The notes beneath the pieces were generated by a model that ran no database searches, was not told the origin of the DNA, and saw nothing but the letters and a program-made list of their open reading frames with translations. From NCBI RefSeq assembly GCF_021028975.2, contig NC_059433.1, positions 52,204,001-52,268,000 of the forward strand: DNA of 64,000 nt, given 5' to 3'. A program made the position numbers and the translations under genes. Below are positions 26,055-38,200 of the stretch, piece by piece (position 1 is the stretch's first letter; every line of letters starts with the position of its first letter). This DNA comes from Sphaerodactylus townsendi (lineage: Eukaryota).

Positions 26055-28809
26055 ATCTAATTTACTGGTTTACATTGTCATGTGTTTAAAAAATCTAAGC
26101 TAGATTAACTTGTTCTGGTATGTATTTAATCAGCCTGTGTTTTGTATTTAACATGCTCCTCAAGCTTGTTTAGAAAACAGGAAATACTCCTAATTGCTTA
26201 AATCAATGCCCTTTTCCTCCAAGATATTTAATTCAATTTTAAGTTGAAGGGGACCATTCTCTAAAGCTATTTAGCACAGTACATGTTGCTATAGATTTTG
26301 GATGGGATCCATGGATGGAAAAGAATGTGATAGTTACCAATTCTTTCTGGTGGCAGCAGCTATTCACAGGTCATAGGATGTCTCCTTTTTTGTGGAAAGA
26401 AACAAACTGCTAGAAGAGGAAAGCTGAAGCTAGTGATTGTGAGAGCTAAGATGATCTAACTAGCACTTCCAGACCCAAATCCAGTGGGGGGCGGGGGGGC
26501 TTCTTTTTTGGCCCATGACCAAACTACACATGATTTTAGGAGATTGGTAAGCTGGTTTATTCAGCATTTTTGGAAAACTAACCATACTTCCACCCCCCCC
26601 CACCCCCCCGTTTGGATGAGGATGGCAGAGAGGCTTTAACTTCCTCCTTCCCTGTAGACTTTTCACAGATCAAAACCAACACTGTACCACATTTATGTTA
26701 TTAGTTTGTCTCTTGTGATGCAAAACATCAGAAAGGGAGAGTGGGAGAAAGGAGTGGTTCTATTTGTATATGACAGAAGGGTTAAATAATTTCTGGCTTG
26801 CAATCTGTGTAGCTCCTATTTCACTTTTAAAATTTTAGGAAGGTTTTCCAACAAGTCTTGTTTAGTCCTACATTAATTTACACAGAGGCACAATTCATAT
26901 CAGAAATCTGTGCTTATCTTGCAAGTGTGCATTCTGTGACAGAATACTGTAGATTCCTGAGATTTGATCAAATGTGCTATAGGCCAGTTATGCACAACGT
27001 GTCTGCTGTGTGACAGGGCAAATGTCAGTTGCAGCAAGATTTCTTATATGGACATATTTTCTGGAGTTCTGCTTTCACTTTCCATTCTCTCCATGGCAAG
27101 TCAGACCACTTACAACACTATTTTAATTTGCTTTGTCACAAGAGTGGACAGATTTGCTGGTGAGCGGAGCTTTGCCCCATATATCTTCCCTCCACCCACA
27201 GCACAGCCTACCTAGCTTGTCCCTGCTTTTCCCGTCACACGCCCCACCCCCCGGGTTGATGTTGCTGGCTCCTTCCTGCTTCTCTAAAAGCTTATATCAC
27301 AACAGTGATATCTTGATTTAATAACAGTGGGCTTTTCCAGAGAATAGCTCAAGCAGGGTTTCTTTTGGGCTTCATACCATCTCCTCAGCTCTGCTTCCAC
27401 CCTTCCCGATGATTGGGAGGGCTTTTAAAAATTTTATGTCAACCAGCCTTTTAAAACAAGCCTCTCTCTTCCCTGCCCGGCCAGCAGCAGCAGGAACACA
27501 CAGAGAGAGAGAAGAGGGGAAGGGGAGAGATCTATGTCTTTAAGGCTGATTTGATGGGCAGAGTTAAGAGAACCAGGAACTGAGCTGGCAGAGTTCATCA
27601 AACACACTGCTGCAAGCTGTGGGCTGCTTCCTCATGTGTAAATGGAGAAACATGAGGAGACCCCCCCTATCAGTGCAGTGAAGAGCCCCAAGGCAAGCCT
27701 TCCCTAAATAATAGGCCATAGTGTTCAAACTATCAAAATTGTAAAATTTAACTACAACAGTACAGCCTTTTTTGCACCTGTGCAGTTACTAGCATGCATG
27801 TTGACACTGTAGAACAAACTACAGTTTTGAATATCTGGAGAATATACACAGTATTTGCAATTTTATCTTTGGAGAATGCACAAAGCATTTGCAATTTGGA
27901 AAGTGTCAGGCAAAACAGTTCCAGCAGTTTTTCCTACAGTCTCAAGATAGCCAAATAAAACATGTATTTTGTATTTGTAAGTGTGGTATGTTGTATGTTA
28001 GACTAGAATGTGGAGGGCCAGGTTCAAATCTTCACTCGACTATGGCAAATCTTCACTCTACTACTTGCTATAATGTGAACAATAAAGCAATCTGTCACTA
28101 GGTAGCTAAGGACACAAGCAGTGTTTCAACTACATATACCTAGCAGATATTCCAGATGTCCAGCTAATTGTCTCACTCTGTTACCTGGGATTAGCAGAAA
28201 ACATTTTGCTATGAATTACAGAAATTTTGGCTGAATAGTGACAAGTCAGTTCAAGAAGTGCACCAAAACCAAATTCAAGCAGTTTAAATTAAAATGAATA
28301 AAATACATTTTAATAATGCATTTGATTTGAATAAAATTCAAGCATATGGCAAGTACCAGCAAAGTTATTCTAACTTCACAGATCAAGAATATCAATATCT
28401 CTTTTTCCACTGAGGCAAAATATAACTATAGCCACTCGGTTATCACAACAGAGAAGGTTTAAAAAGTATAGAAATCTTTCATTTTCTTTCTTGATCATTC
28501 ATTACAATCTCCAGCAGAAGAAAATTAAGCAGGAGATCATGGAAACCCCACATTTTCAGTAATTTCACAGCCTACATACTTAGTCACAACAATTGAATAT
28601 GGAGTTACAGCTGGAAGAGCAATTCAGTTAACTGTTGTTTCCTTTTCCTAACATCTTTTTATGCAGATTTTTAAAATGACAATTGAAAGTATAAGGAAAA
28701 AATCCTGCTCATAAGTCCCCTAGCTAATGGCTAAATTCTGCTTCAATGGCAGACCATTGCAAGTGGTTGTAAGCAGCTGATGTTTATAACTTACTATGTA
28801 CGATACACC

Positions 28810-29010
28810 TCTGACCTGGATGGTCTGGGCTAGGCCAATCTCATCAGATCTTGAAATCTAAGCAGGATTGGCCCTGGTTAGTATTTGGATGGGACCACTA
28901 AGGAATTTCAGGGTTGCTATGCAGAGCCAGGCAATGGCAAACCACCTCTGAACATTTCTCACCTTGAAAACCCCCTGAGGGGCTGCCATAAACTGGCTAC
29001 AACCTGTAGG
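28810..29010 (+). mobile_element. 5S rRNA-derived SINE with Sauria/BovB-type tail
   Basis: CCAATCTCATCAGATCTTGAAATCTAAGCAGGATTGGCCCTGGTTAGTATTTGGATGGGA resembles the 5S internal control region; then GGCAATGGCAAACCACCTCTG..CTTGAAAACCC. Confidence 0.75.
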
Positions 29011-29959
29011 CATTTCACATGTACCATCAATACTAAACAGTTGTTGCTGGAAAGCGGCATGTCACAGCCAACATGGCTACCACATTGGATTTTCAAGACG
29101 AGACTAACAGAAGTGGTTGGTCATTGCCTGCCTGTTCCTTGCACTTTCATGGTGGTCTTTCATCTAAGAACTAACCAGGTTTCTAACCTGCCTGCTTAGC
29201 TTCTGACAAAGTCAGGCTAGCCTGAGCAATCCACAGTTCTACCCTTTGAAATCCATTAAAGTTGATGAGTTTTGAAAGGTGTAACTGCTTGGAACTGTAC
29301 TGATAATCTCTATTTTAAAAAATTAAAAAAATGATTTTAAGTATTGGTAAAGAATTTTATTACAATATATTTGAGATGAAATATGAAGGTTGTAACACTG
29401 CATGGGTGTGGAAGATAACTGAATTCCATTGTCCCTACTTCTGAGTGAATATGCTGAGGACTGGGCTGTATCTGAGTATTTGCTCCTTAAAATTCGCAAA
29501 ACAAACACTATTAAATAAAATAAGACCATTTTGGCTTTGCTCAATATAAATAATTGGGGGTGGGGGCGGGGGAGAGATGCTGGAAATGATTAACAACATG
29601 ACAGAATATAGCCCGCCAATGGATTCTGAAGTTGCTTTGAGGGATTATATGGATAGATAAAATAGTTTTAGAACATAATTACTGCTGCTGTTGGCTTGAA
29701 AGTATCTGTGGTATTGCAATTGTTTTGTCTGAAGTAACTGGAACATCACAATTATTTTGTTTGTGAAGTTGATCACTTGTTTCTTTATGGAGTCAGCAAT
29801 CCTGTTGCATGAAGCAAATGCTGCATAGGAGCGATTCTGTTTGCTTCTTTTCAGGCACGGATGTCTGCATTGCCACAGAGAATGACTCAGTGAAAACTCC
29901 CAGGATGCTGTTCTTTGCCTAGGCATTTACTCACAGCCCTCTCCCTATTTCATGTGGGA

Positions 29960-30032
29960 GGGGAATTAGCTCAAATGGTAGAGCGCTCGCTTAGCATGCG
30001 AGAGGTAGCGGGATCGATGCCCGCATTCTCCA
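29960..30032 (+). tRNA. tRNA-Ala (anticodon AGC)
   Basis: GGGGAATTAGCTCAAATGGTAGAGCGCTCGCTTAGCATGCGAGAGGTAGCGGGATCGATGCCCGCATTCTCCA; intact cloverleaf, G3:U70 AlaRS determinant, T5 pol III terminator at 30039-30043. Confidence 0.97.
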
Positions 30033-30546
30033 AGTTCCTTTTTCTTTTACCCAGAAGTTTAAATATTTGAAATGCTGGTAGTGCATACTGCTTTACAATT
30101 TTTTAAAAATCATAGTCTAGCATGCAAGTCAAAAGGAACTAATAAACTGGTTTTAGTTGTACTAAACTTCCAGCATAATCCTATGCAGTGTTTATCCAGT
30201 TTAAGCAAGGACTAAGTATGATTTTCAGTTTTCACCAAGATGCTATCTTTTGAATATTCTCTCTTTGAGGTCCAACAAAATATGAAGTTGCATGCACCAG
30301 TCTATCTGATTCTTGCTCAGCAAACAAGCACTCTATACTTTGAGCTGTACTCTGAATGCCAGTCAGCAGTCAGAAATCTTGTCATTAAAACATGCCCTTT
30401 TCTGTGCATAACATGCACTTCCATGAAGAAAATAATAGCTACTATCTCATGCTGACACACTTTGAGAGCCTTTCACGTCCTGTTCCCTTTGACGCTGCAC
30501 AGCAAGTTGGGAATAGACATCCTCCACATTAAAAAAAAAACACTTC

Positions 30547-30619
30547 TGGAGAATGCGGGCATCGATCCCGCTACCTCTCGCATGCTAAGCGAGCGCTCTA
30601 CCATTTGAGCTAATTCCCC
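30547..30619 (-). tRNA. tRNA-Ala (anticodon AGC), identical copy, convergent
   Basis: Exact reverse complement of 29960-30032; terminator = A10 at 30531-30540 on the plus strand. Confidence 0.97.
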
Positions 30620-31289
30620 CTACAAATTACAAGTCTTAGCCTTTGGTCAATCATTACAGTGAAGTGGGTATCTCAGAAACATCCCATCACTCTAATTTTC
30701 AAATTAAAAGTTCTGATGGCAGACTTTATCCAAACAAAAAAGGAAATAGGAACTCTGTAAATATTTCTTTGTAAAAACTGTTTCATGTTCGAATATTCAA
30801 ATAGAGTATATGTGATGGCAAATTGGCACTCCTACAAATCAGAAGCTCCCTCTCCCAGAGTAACTTGGGCAGCTGTCTCTCTTTCTCTGCTAATCTGTTT
30901 AAAATTACAACTGCTTTTTCTCACCCTTCTTACCCTCCTCTCAGCTGGTGGAGTGTCACCTTTTCCAGTACCTGATCTGATAATATTCCACTAATATTAA
31001 AAACCTCACCACTCAAAAAAAACAGCGGAAGACCATTTTAATCTTCCAGGTCGTTCCATTGCTGACTTGTCAGTTGTCACACAAAGAAACTCCAAGGGGA
31101 AATTGCAACACAAGATTGCGGAACTTGAGTTCAGATTCATTGGGCGGAATAGGGACATAGGATTCTTATCTCACTGCAGATGATAATGTTCTGCCCTCAA
31201 GCATTTACTGTGCCCTCCAATCCAGATGATTACAATGCACATTGTACCTCTACAACCTGAATTCCTTCTTTGCAACACTCTTCCCTCTT

Positions 31290-31425
31290 TCTAACTGGGA
31301 TATAAAGACTTTGAAATCTCCATTCCTACTTGTGTCTGACAAAGGCAGCTTTGATTCTTGGAGCTCATACCCTGAAAATCTTGTTGGTCTCTGAGATGCT
31401 ACTGGGGTCTAACTATGTTACTGAA
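31290..31425 (+). mobile_element. Probable Penelope-like element terminal fragment
   Basis: CTGACAAAGGCAGC..GCTCATACCCTGAAAATCTTGTTGGTCTCTGAGATGCTACTGG resembles reptile Penelope pseudo-LTR ends (recalled, not searched). Confidence 0.45.
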
Positions 31426-31549
31426 AACACAGATCATCTCTTATCAGGAGGTTTCTTATCCATCACCAGCTATTATCCTGAGCCAGCAATCTGCTTAAAA
31501 TAAAGCAGCTAGCTATAACAAAAAATGTGTGCTATGAAGAAAACATTAC

Positions 31550-31622
31550 AGGAGAAGGTGAACATCGATCCTGATGCCTCACACATGCTAAACAAATGCC
31601 CTAACATTTGAGCTCATCCCTC
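31550..31622 (-). pseudogene. Decayed tRNA-Ala(AGC) copy
   Basis: Reverse complement GAGGGATGAGCTCAAATGTTAGGGCATTTGTTTAGCATGTGTGAGGCATCAGGATCGATGTTCACCTTCTCCT is colinear with the intact copies but has many stem-breaking changes. Confidence 0.8.
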
Positions 31623-32603
31623 CTTACCAATTATCCTCCTTTTTCATAAAAAACTTACATAACTTTGTTTTAAACCCTAGGTTTTACACCTCCCTAAATG
31701 AACTAAACCAAAACAGACTTTTTAAGGCTATCAAGTGTATTAATTGCAAAACTGGGAATATGAACACAGATATGAGCAGTACTTTCATTTTATTACTGCC
31801 ATCTTCCCAAGTATAACAATAATATGCAGATCACTTGTTCAATTGACTTTCAGAGTCTTTTGTTAAAGGATCCAATTTACTCAATGTTTGTAGAAAAATA
31901 GGTACCTATTACAGTGCCCTCTTGCTATGAAGATGGGGTGAACTGGGAGGCACAAATGGCCATGGAAGACATCCCCCTCACCATGGAAGGGGAACGGAAG
32001 AAGCAAGTTTGACATGGCTTTTGCCTGGCTTGCACCTGCCCATACTCAATGTGAGCATGTGACTGCAGCGGTTTTTACACTGGGCAGAAGCGGGGATATT
32101 TTGCTATGCAGAACAACAATATAATCACAAGCTTTTCTCCCATAACAAAACGTGTCATTTTGCTTTGGGTATAAATACAACTCACAGCACTGTTAGGCAG
32201 AATGAACATAGTACAACGGCTGCTCAAGAACAAAATTCACACAGACCTTGCTTTTATCTTTACTAATGGAATATGAATCCTTTATTTAAAGGAACTTCAT
32301 TCTCAATAGGATAGAGATAGCACTGTAATCTAGTGAAACGAGAATAGGACAGAGAGATATGCAGGAAGCATGTTCTGCAGTCACAGTAGTTAGGTGCTGA
32401 AGAGAGGAAAGGGGTTATCCAGAAGGAAGATTCCCTACACATCTGATGAATAAGAGCATAGAAATAAAGGGATCCACAGATCTTGATCTACCTGTTTCTC
32501 TGGAGTCCCCGTCTGCAGTCTGATTCTAAGCAGCAGAGCAAAGTCCTTCAGTACAAAAAGTCCAGCAGTATCAAAAGATGTCCTGACAGTCTCCCATCAA
32601 TGG

Positions 32604-32782
32604 GGTGCAGCAGAGTGTCGCACTAGTATCTGGAAGACCCAGATTTGAATCCCCACTTGCTGAATGACCTTGGGCCAGTCACATGCTTTCAGCCTAACCC
32701 ACTTCACAGATAATAGAAAAGAGAATGAGAATAATGTAAGCTGTTTTGGGTACCCACTGCGGAGAAAAGTACAGTATAAATG
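32604..32782 (+). mobile_element. CORE SINE (Squam3-like), degenerate
   Basis: tRNA-like head (GATTTGAATCCCCAC), GACCTTGGGCCAGTCAC..CAGCCTAACCCACTTCACAG. Confidence 0.6.
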
Positions 32783-33529
32783 AATTAAACCAATAACAAC
32801 TTCAAATGTATTAACTTTAAAATGTTTGCCACCTTTGGGAAAGTGGGTGGGAAAGTGGCATAAAATGTTTTTGATTATGATAAAGATGATTATCAGCAGA
32901 CAGCCGACTGCCCCAGAAGATTCATGCCAGGGCAACTTCACATCAGAAGATTGCATGGTGTTCTGTCATAGTTACAGAAGATAGTATCATGCAGCTTATT
33001 TGTCAGCAGTTACCATAGAACTGCCAGCAGATTTAATTTACTAACCATGTGTGCATAATACATAATATTAAACCAGTTGTATTCAAAAATTGATACTGTA
33101 TGGAGAAACTTTCATTCGTGAATCCTTATTTGCCAAAGCGAATAAAGGGTACGAAAGTGGGTTGAGAGGTAGAGGTCAGGGGTGTCAAAAGGAAGGAAGA
33201 ACAAAACTGTTTACTTGTGCCTGAGATACTGGAGAGTCAGAGGCAGTGAGAGGTGGGCAAATAACCTGACATCCTACAAGGACATTTATATATTAAAATC
33301 TTAATGTAAAGAAGTATACATCACCTCACATATAGACTGGGGGTAGGATACTGTGGGCCAGTGGTCAACATAGTACATAGAAATGCTCAGAGAGAACAGG
33401 CAGTGTGTGATACATGAAACATAGAGAACAAGAAGGAGGCAGACCTGGACACAATGGGGCTTTAGGAAATAAGAGCCAGGAGGAAGACTCTGAGGCTGCC
33501 ATTTCTGGCCCAGAATAGTTATGGCAATC

Positions 33530-34245
33530 CATACTATCATCATTCCACTCTGGGAGTTGTCATTCCCATCCCAGAACATTTATGCCAATTCCAAGGACCA
33601 TGATTTCATCCTGGGGGTTATCACACCAGTCAGAGATAATTTTTCCTCGTTCCATATCATTGCACTCTTGGGGGCTATCATTCCAGGTCTGGAACATGAT
33701 GCATTCAAGGTCCTCTGGCAATCATTCTACTACTCTAAGGAATCGTCATTCCATTCTAAAAGCCTATCATTCAAATCTAGGATACTTATGCTACTTCCAG
33801 GGACCATCATTCCACTCTTGGGACTGTCATTCATGTCCCAGATCAGTTTATCTGATTCTTAGGGTCATCATTCCACTTTCATTACAGTCTTAGAACACTA
33901 ATTCTGGCCCCAGAAACTGTCATTCCACTCTGGCGGCTATCGTGATTCCACTGAAGAGTGGTTCCTTCAGTCCCAGAGCACTATGGTATTCACAAGGACT
34001 ATCATTCCATTCTGGCCTTGTCCCAAAGAACATCCTACTGTGGGCGGTGTAATTCCACACCCAAAATACTTCTGCTACTCCTGCAAGCTGTCATTCCCTT
34101 CTGGGGCTGTCATTCCAAACCCAGAACACTTATGCCTCTCCTAGGGACTGTCATTCCATTCCAGTGGCTGTCATTCCAGCTCGAAAGAAGTGTATGGTCC
34201 CAGGGAAAATCATTTTACTTTGGGGAATTGACACTCCAGGCCCTC
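33530..34245. repeat. Degenerate minisatellite, ~20-bp monomer (core TCATTCCA) in ~60-bp higher-order units
   Basis: Recurrent (C)TRTCATTCCAYTCTGGG; period 60-61 at 33540/33601, 33807/33868, 34091/34151. Confidence 0.8.
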
Positions 34246-34589
34246 ATCAGGTTTCTCAAATTCTGATCTGCATTTTATTGCAACTTTTCTGTAATATTTT
34301 CCAATGGAGCCCATGCAAGTAAATTGGCATTCCTGACTCCCATTATATCCAGTGGGCTTTCAGGCATATTCCCTTTACTCCAGTGGCCACTCTTGCCATT
34401 CTTTCCTTCTCCCTTCCTTCAAACTCACCTACCCAAAGAGGTTTAGCCGCATTAAGGCAACAGTAAACCCCTAGTTTCCATTCGCCATCGACTGCATTGT
34501 TAAGGGTGCTTTAAAAGCAGGGAAGAAACAAGTTACAAATGCTCGAAGCAACCCAAGCCTATACCATGTTAATAAGGCAGTAAACATTT

Positions 34590-35240
34590 GCAAAGGCGCA
34601 TCATGCGTAGTGGGGCTCCAAGACTGCGCTGCAAATACTGCTCAGTGTAATGGGGTTCACTCCTGCACATTGGATTTACTCCTGAATAGATATTCGTGGG
34701 AATATAAACCATTCCCAGGTGACCCATTCGCAACCTCTCAGTTATGCTCTGAAACTATTTCTACTTTCTGTCCACGCTCTCGCCATCCCCTCGTCCCGCC
34801 CGCCACGGCATCCTGCGGAAACGCCGATCGAGGTGGGGCTTGTTTCTAGGAAGTGATGTTACACGCAGGGCAGAAGACGCGCATTTGGCGCCTGTGCGTT
34901 TCCTGGCTGGTGGAGGAGGGGTTAGGGCAAGATGGCCGGATCCACAGGTCTGTGTTGGGGGGGCGGGTGTCTCGGTGCCACCGAGTGGGGTCTCTCCTGG
35001 CGGGAGGGCTGCGCGCATTGTGGGTCTGGGGTGTTGCAGCCGAGCTGTGCCCGCCTTGTGCGGAGTGGCCGGTGTCAGTGCAGCCTGGTGGGGGGGAAGA
35101 AGGTGGGAAGGCCGCGGGGTTGGTGCAGGGGCAGAGAGCCCCCCTCAGTGTGGTGGGGTTCAGAGGGGGCAGCTCAGGTAGTGCAAGAACCATTCTGCTA
35201 GGGGTGGGCTGGTTATTAATTCAGGGGCTTGGCGTTTTCT
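34590..35240 (+). promoter_or_regulatory. UBE2V2 CpG-rich promoter/exon 1 region
   Basis: GC/CpG-rich; ETS GGAAGTG ~34849; YY1-type CAAGATGGC overlapping the ATG. Confidence 0.75.
34932..34947 (+). CDS. UBE2V2: UBE2V2 exon 1 (MAGST)
   Basis: aagATGGCCGGATCCACAG|gtctgt in CpG island; 16 nt, phase fits exon 2. Confidence 0.85.
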
Positions 35241-38200
35241 CTGGGAAAGCCTGCAGGATTTGCATTACCTAGCTGGGAGTTTGCTTCATAAAGAAGCAAA
35301 TAACTCATTCCTTTGAGTACAGTATTGGTGGATGATGTTGACGATAGAGGGGGATCTCACGTCTGACTTCCCTACCTCGAAACGGCAGATATTGGGGGAG
35401 AAGTATGTAACTAAAGGGCAAAATTGGTACACTATAACTGAATCTATGCTGTCGATAATTTTACTGATGGTGTATTAATTAGTGCAGTGCTGAGGGAATG
35501 GCTTGCTTGCTTCTAAGTAAGGTTTACTACTAAGTAAGGTTGTTGCTTGCAACTGTTCCTGTATGTGGTGGTCTTGTTGGCTAACTGCAAAATTCAAGAA
35601 GAAAAGCTGGTTATGTTCATTTCAGTCTGTCTGTGGTGAAACTTGAGGGGGGGTTTTTTGCATCGCTTTTGTTTTCCAAGGTTTACCTCTGTCCCCTTTA
35701 GAATATTGTGAAACAGTGAATCTTACCTGCCATTCAGTGCATATGTTATTGATGAAGATGAAGCTAAACTGCTATAGTAGCTGTAAATAGGAAACTGAGG
35801 AGGAGGGTGGTAATTACTGCCAGTGAATAGGAAGTAAAATAAAATGGTCTTGTGTATATAATACTATTTCCTGCTCATTATTTTTAATTGATCCAGAAAA
35901 AGTGAAGGAACATGATCAACTTTAACTTTGAGAATACAAACCAAAACCATTACACATCAAACTGATATTATAAAACTGACTTGATGACAAAAATCTGGAT
36001 GATGGCACTTGGTTTGGTTCCCAAGGGATTGTAGTAATTTCTTCTTAGATACTGGCTTAACCTGGCTTATCTTGAAGCTGATACAAAATTACTGAATTTT
36101 ATTCCACTACTGCTTGGTTTACACTATGAATATTGCTTCTGGTAAGGTGGAGAAGGTTTGTGACCTGGAACTTTCACAGCAGGGGTGGATCCTGAACTCT
36201 TTATTTATTTAAAATTATTTGGCCCTAGCATGTTACTATTGATAGGAGTATGGCATTTGCTATATATTCTAAAAATGTTATCTAAAAATGTATTCTAAGT
36301 CACAGTGTGTTTTGTTTTCTTTATTTATTATTTTCTATTTTGCCCGTCTCCTATCATGGAACTCAAGATAGTCTGTAAAACTTCACAGGACGCCTTCCAT
36401 CGAGACCCAGACCAGCTCTGGTTTAGCAAAGTTGTCATGTACATCGAAGCATACCCTTGGGAGTATGTACGCTAAACTATATGGTACCATTGCATCAAGG
36501 GAAACCATTCAATATTCTGAAAAGGCGCCATCATTCAAATTTTGCAGAAAATATCTCTTTCAGCTGAATTGCTAACAATTGCTTTGGCCAGTTTCTGTCT
36601 GTCTATAAATGTACTTCTAACAGTTTGAAAACTAGCCAAACAATCACCTCAGCCACCCAAGGAACTGTCTCAAGTAGGTCTTGGAGAAGCAGCATATGCA
36701 TTTTCTGCATGCCTTTTATAAACAAACTGCTATTATATTAAGCCGCGTCATCAATCCTTGTCATAAAATGCTAACCAGAATAAGGTAATGCAGTGCCTTG
36801 GAAAGAGGCTTGGTGGGCTGATGAATGGACTTCCAGTGTTTGGGGCTGATGTTGAGCGAAGGGGAGATACTTGGTCAATCTGACACAACCTTGAGGTTCA
36901 GAAAACAAACCCCTAAGTTTGGACAACATAAAGTGAAGCTCATACCAGCTCAAAACTAATGCTAAGGGGAAGTCATAATTTAAATATTAACGTAGCATAG
37001 AAAGACTGTGCCTTCTGTATTGGGTAGGATACTGACGCAAGCTCTCTACATTGAATGTCAGATGAATTCCTTGGTGAAGAAGAGTGAAGTAACTGGGTGT
37101 AATGAGGCAGACATACCAGTTATTAATATTTACTAAATCTGTTAAGACTAGAGCTTGTTTGTCAACTGGACAGCACTGTTTTAGAATGTGTTGAATCCTC
37201 AGATATTGAGTGATAATTAAAATATAGCAGTAAGTGGTATTGAATCCCAAGCTTTTGAACTTGCCTGATTATCGCAGTGTCCAGGGCAGCTATAAAATTA
37301 TGTATGGCTGGCAAACTGTCTAGCTGTTATAAAAGTAATGACAGATACAATAGCAAATAAGTAATTGAATAAAGAAAGCCATAATCTTTTAAATGGTGGT
37401 TATCCCCTCCACAGTTCACAAAACATTTGGATACTAGAAAGTATCTCAACATTGTACTGCCTTGAGGTCCCATGTCTGAGATCGAATTGTTGTGGTGGGC
37501 AAGCTATTAATCTCAATCTTGGATCCCCATCTGTAAATGGGGATAACTGTCATAACATTCTTGTAATGTAAAATATGGTAAGAGTGAATAATTACTCAAG
37601 GCATGGGTGTGGGGAAAGACTGGAAAGAAGAAGGAGTCTTTGGAATTAAATTTGTTGAGAGTCAGGCTCATTTCGCACATGCAGAATAATGCACTTTCAA
37701 ACTGCTTTCAGTGCTCTTTGAAGCTGTGCGGAATGGCAAAATCCACTTACAAACAGTTGTGAAAGTGGTTTGAAAACACATTATTTTGCGTGTGCGGAAG
37801 GGGCCTCAGTGTGGTCCATTGCAAGGAATTGATTGGTCTAATAAAAAAACTAATTAATCACTCAGAGGCTTTCATACCCATTGTCAATGGGCCTGTCCAC
37901 TATAAGTTGTGAAATATAGGATATTCATGATGCTGAGAAGTTATGATGAAATTAATACAAAGAGTCTGCAGAATTGGAATGAATGAAACTTAATTCAGAG
38001 AGCAGACCTGACTGTGGTTCTGGGAATCTAATTTATTCTTCCCTGAGTGAATCCATAATTTGGTATTTTCTTACTGTGGGAACAGTGGAGAATACAATAC
38101 AGTCACAGAACCATTTTTAGGTTTATTAAGAGTGTTCACGCAAGAAGGAAGTCCTAGGAAGCACTGTGGGGGCACACATTGGCTTCTGTTGTATAAGGGA

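Noticed and set aside
28810-28910. Possible 5S rRNA gene
   Set aside because: Diverged, lacks proper 5S ends and is fused to a retroposon tail; related copies at 21660 and 45915 indicate a SINE.
33521-34266. ORFs of 100+ aa with repeated IIP/VIP motifs
   Set aside because: By-product of the minisatellite; unit lengths of 60-61 bp do not hold a reading frame.
34610-35272. Several long overlapping ORFs
   Set aside because: GC-rich CpG island with few stop codons; only the 16-nt UBE2V2 exon 1 is coding.
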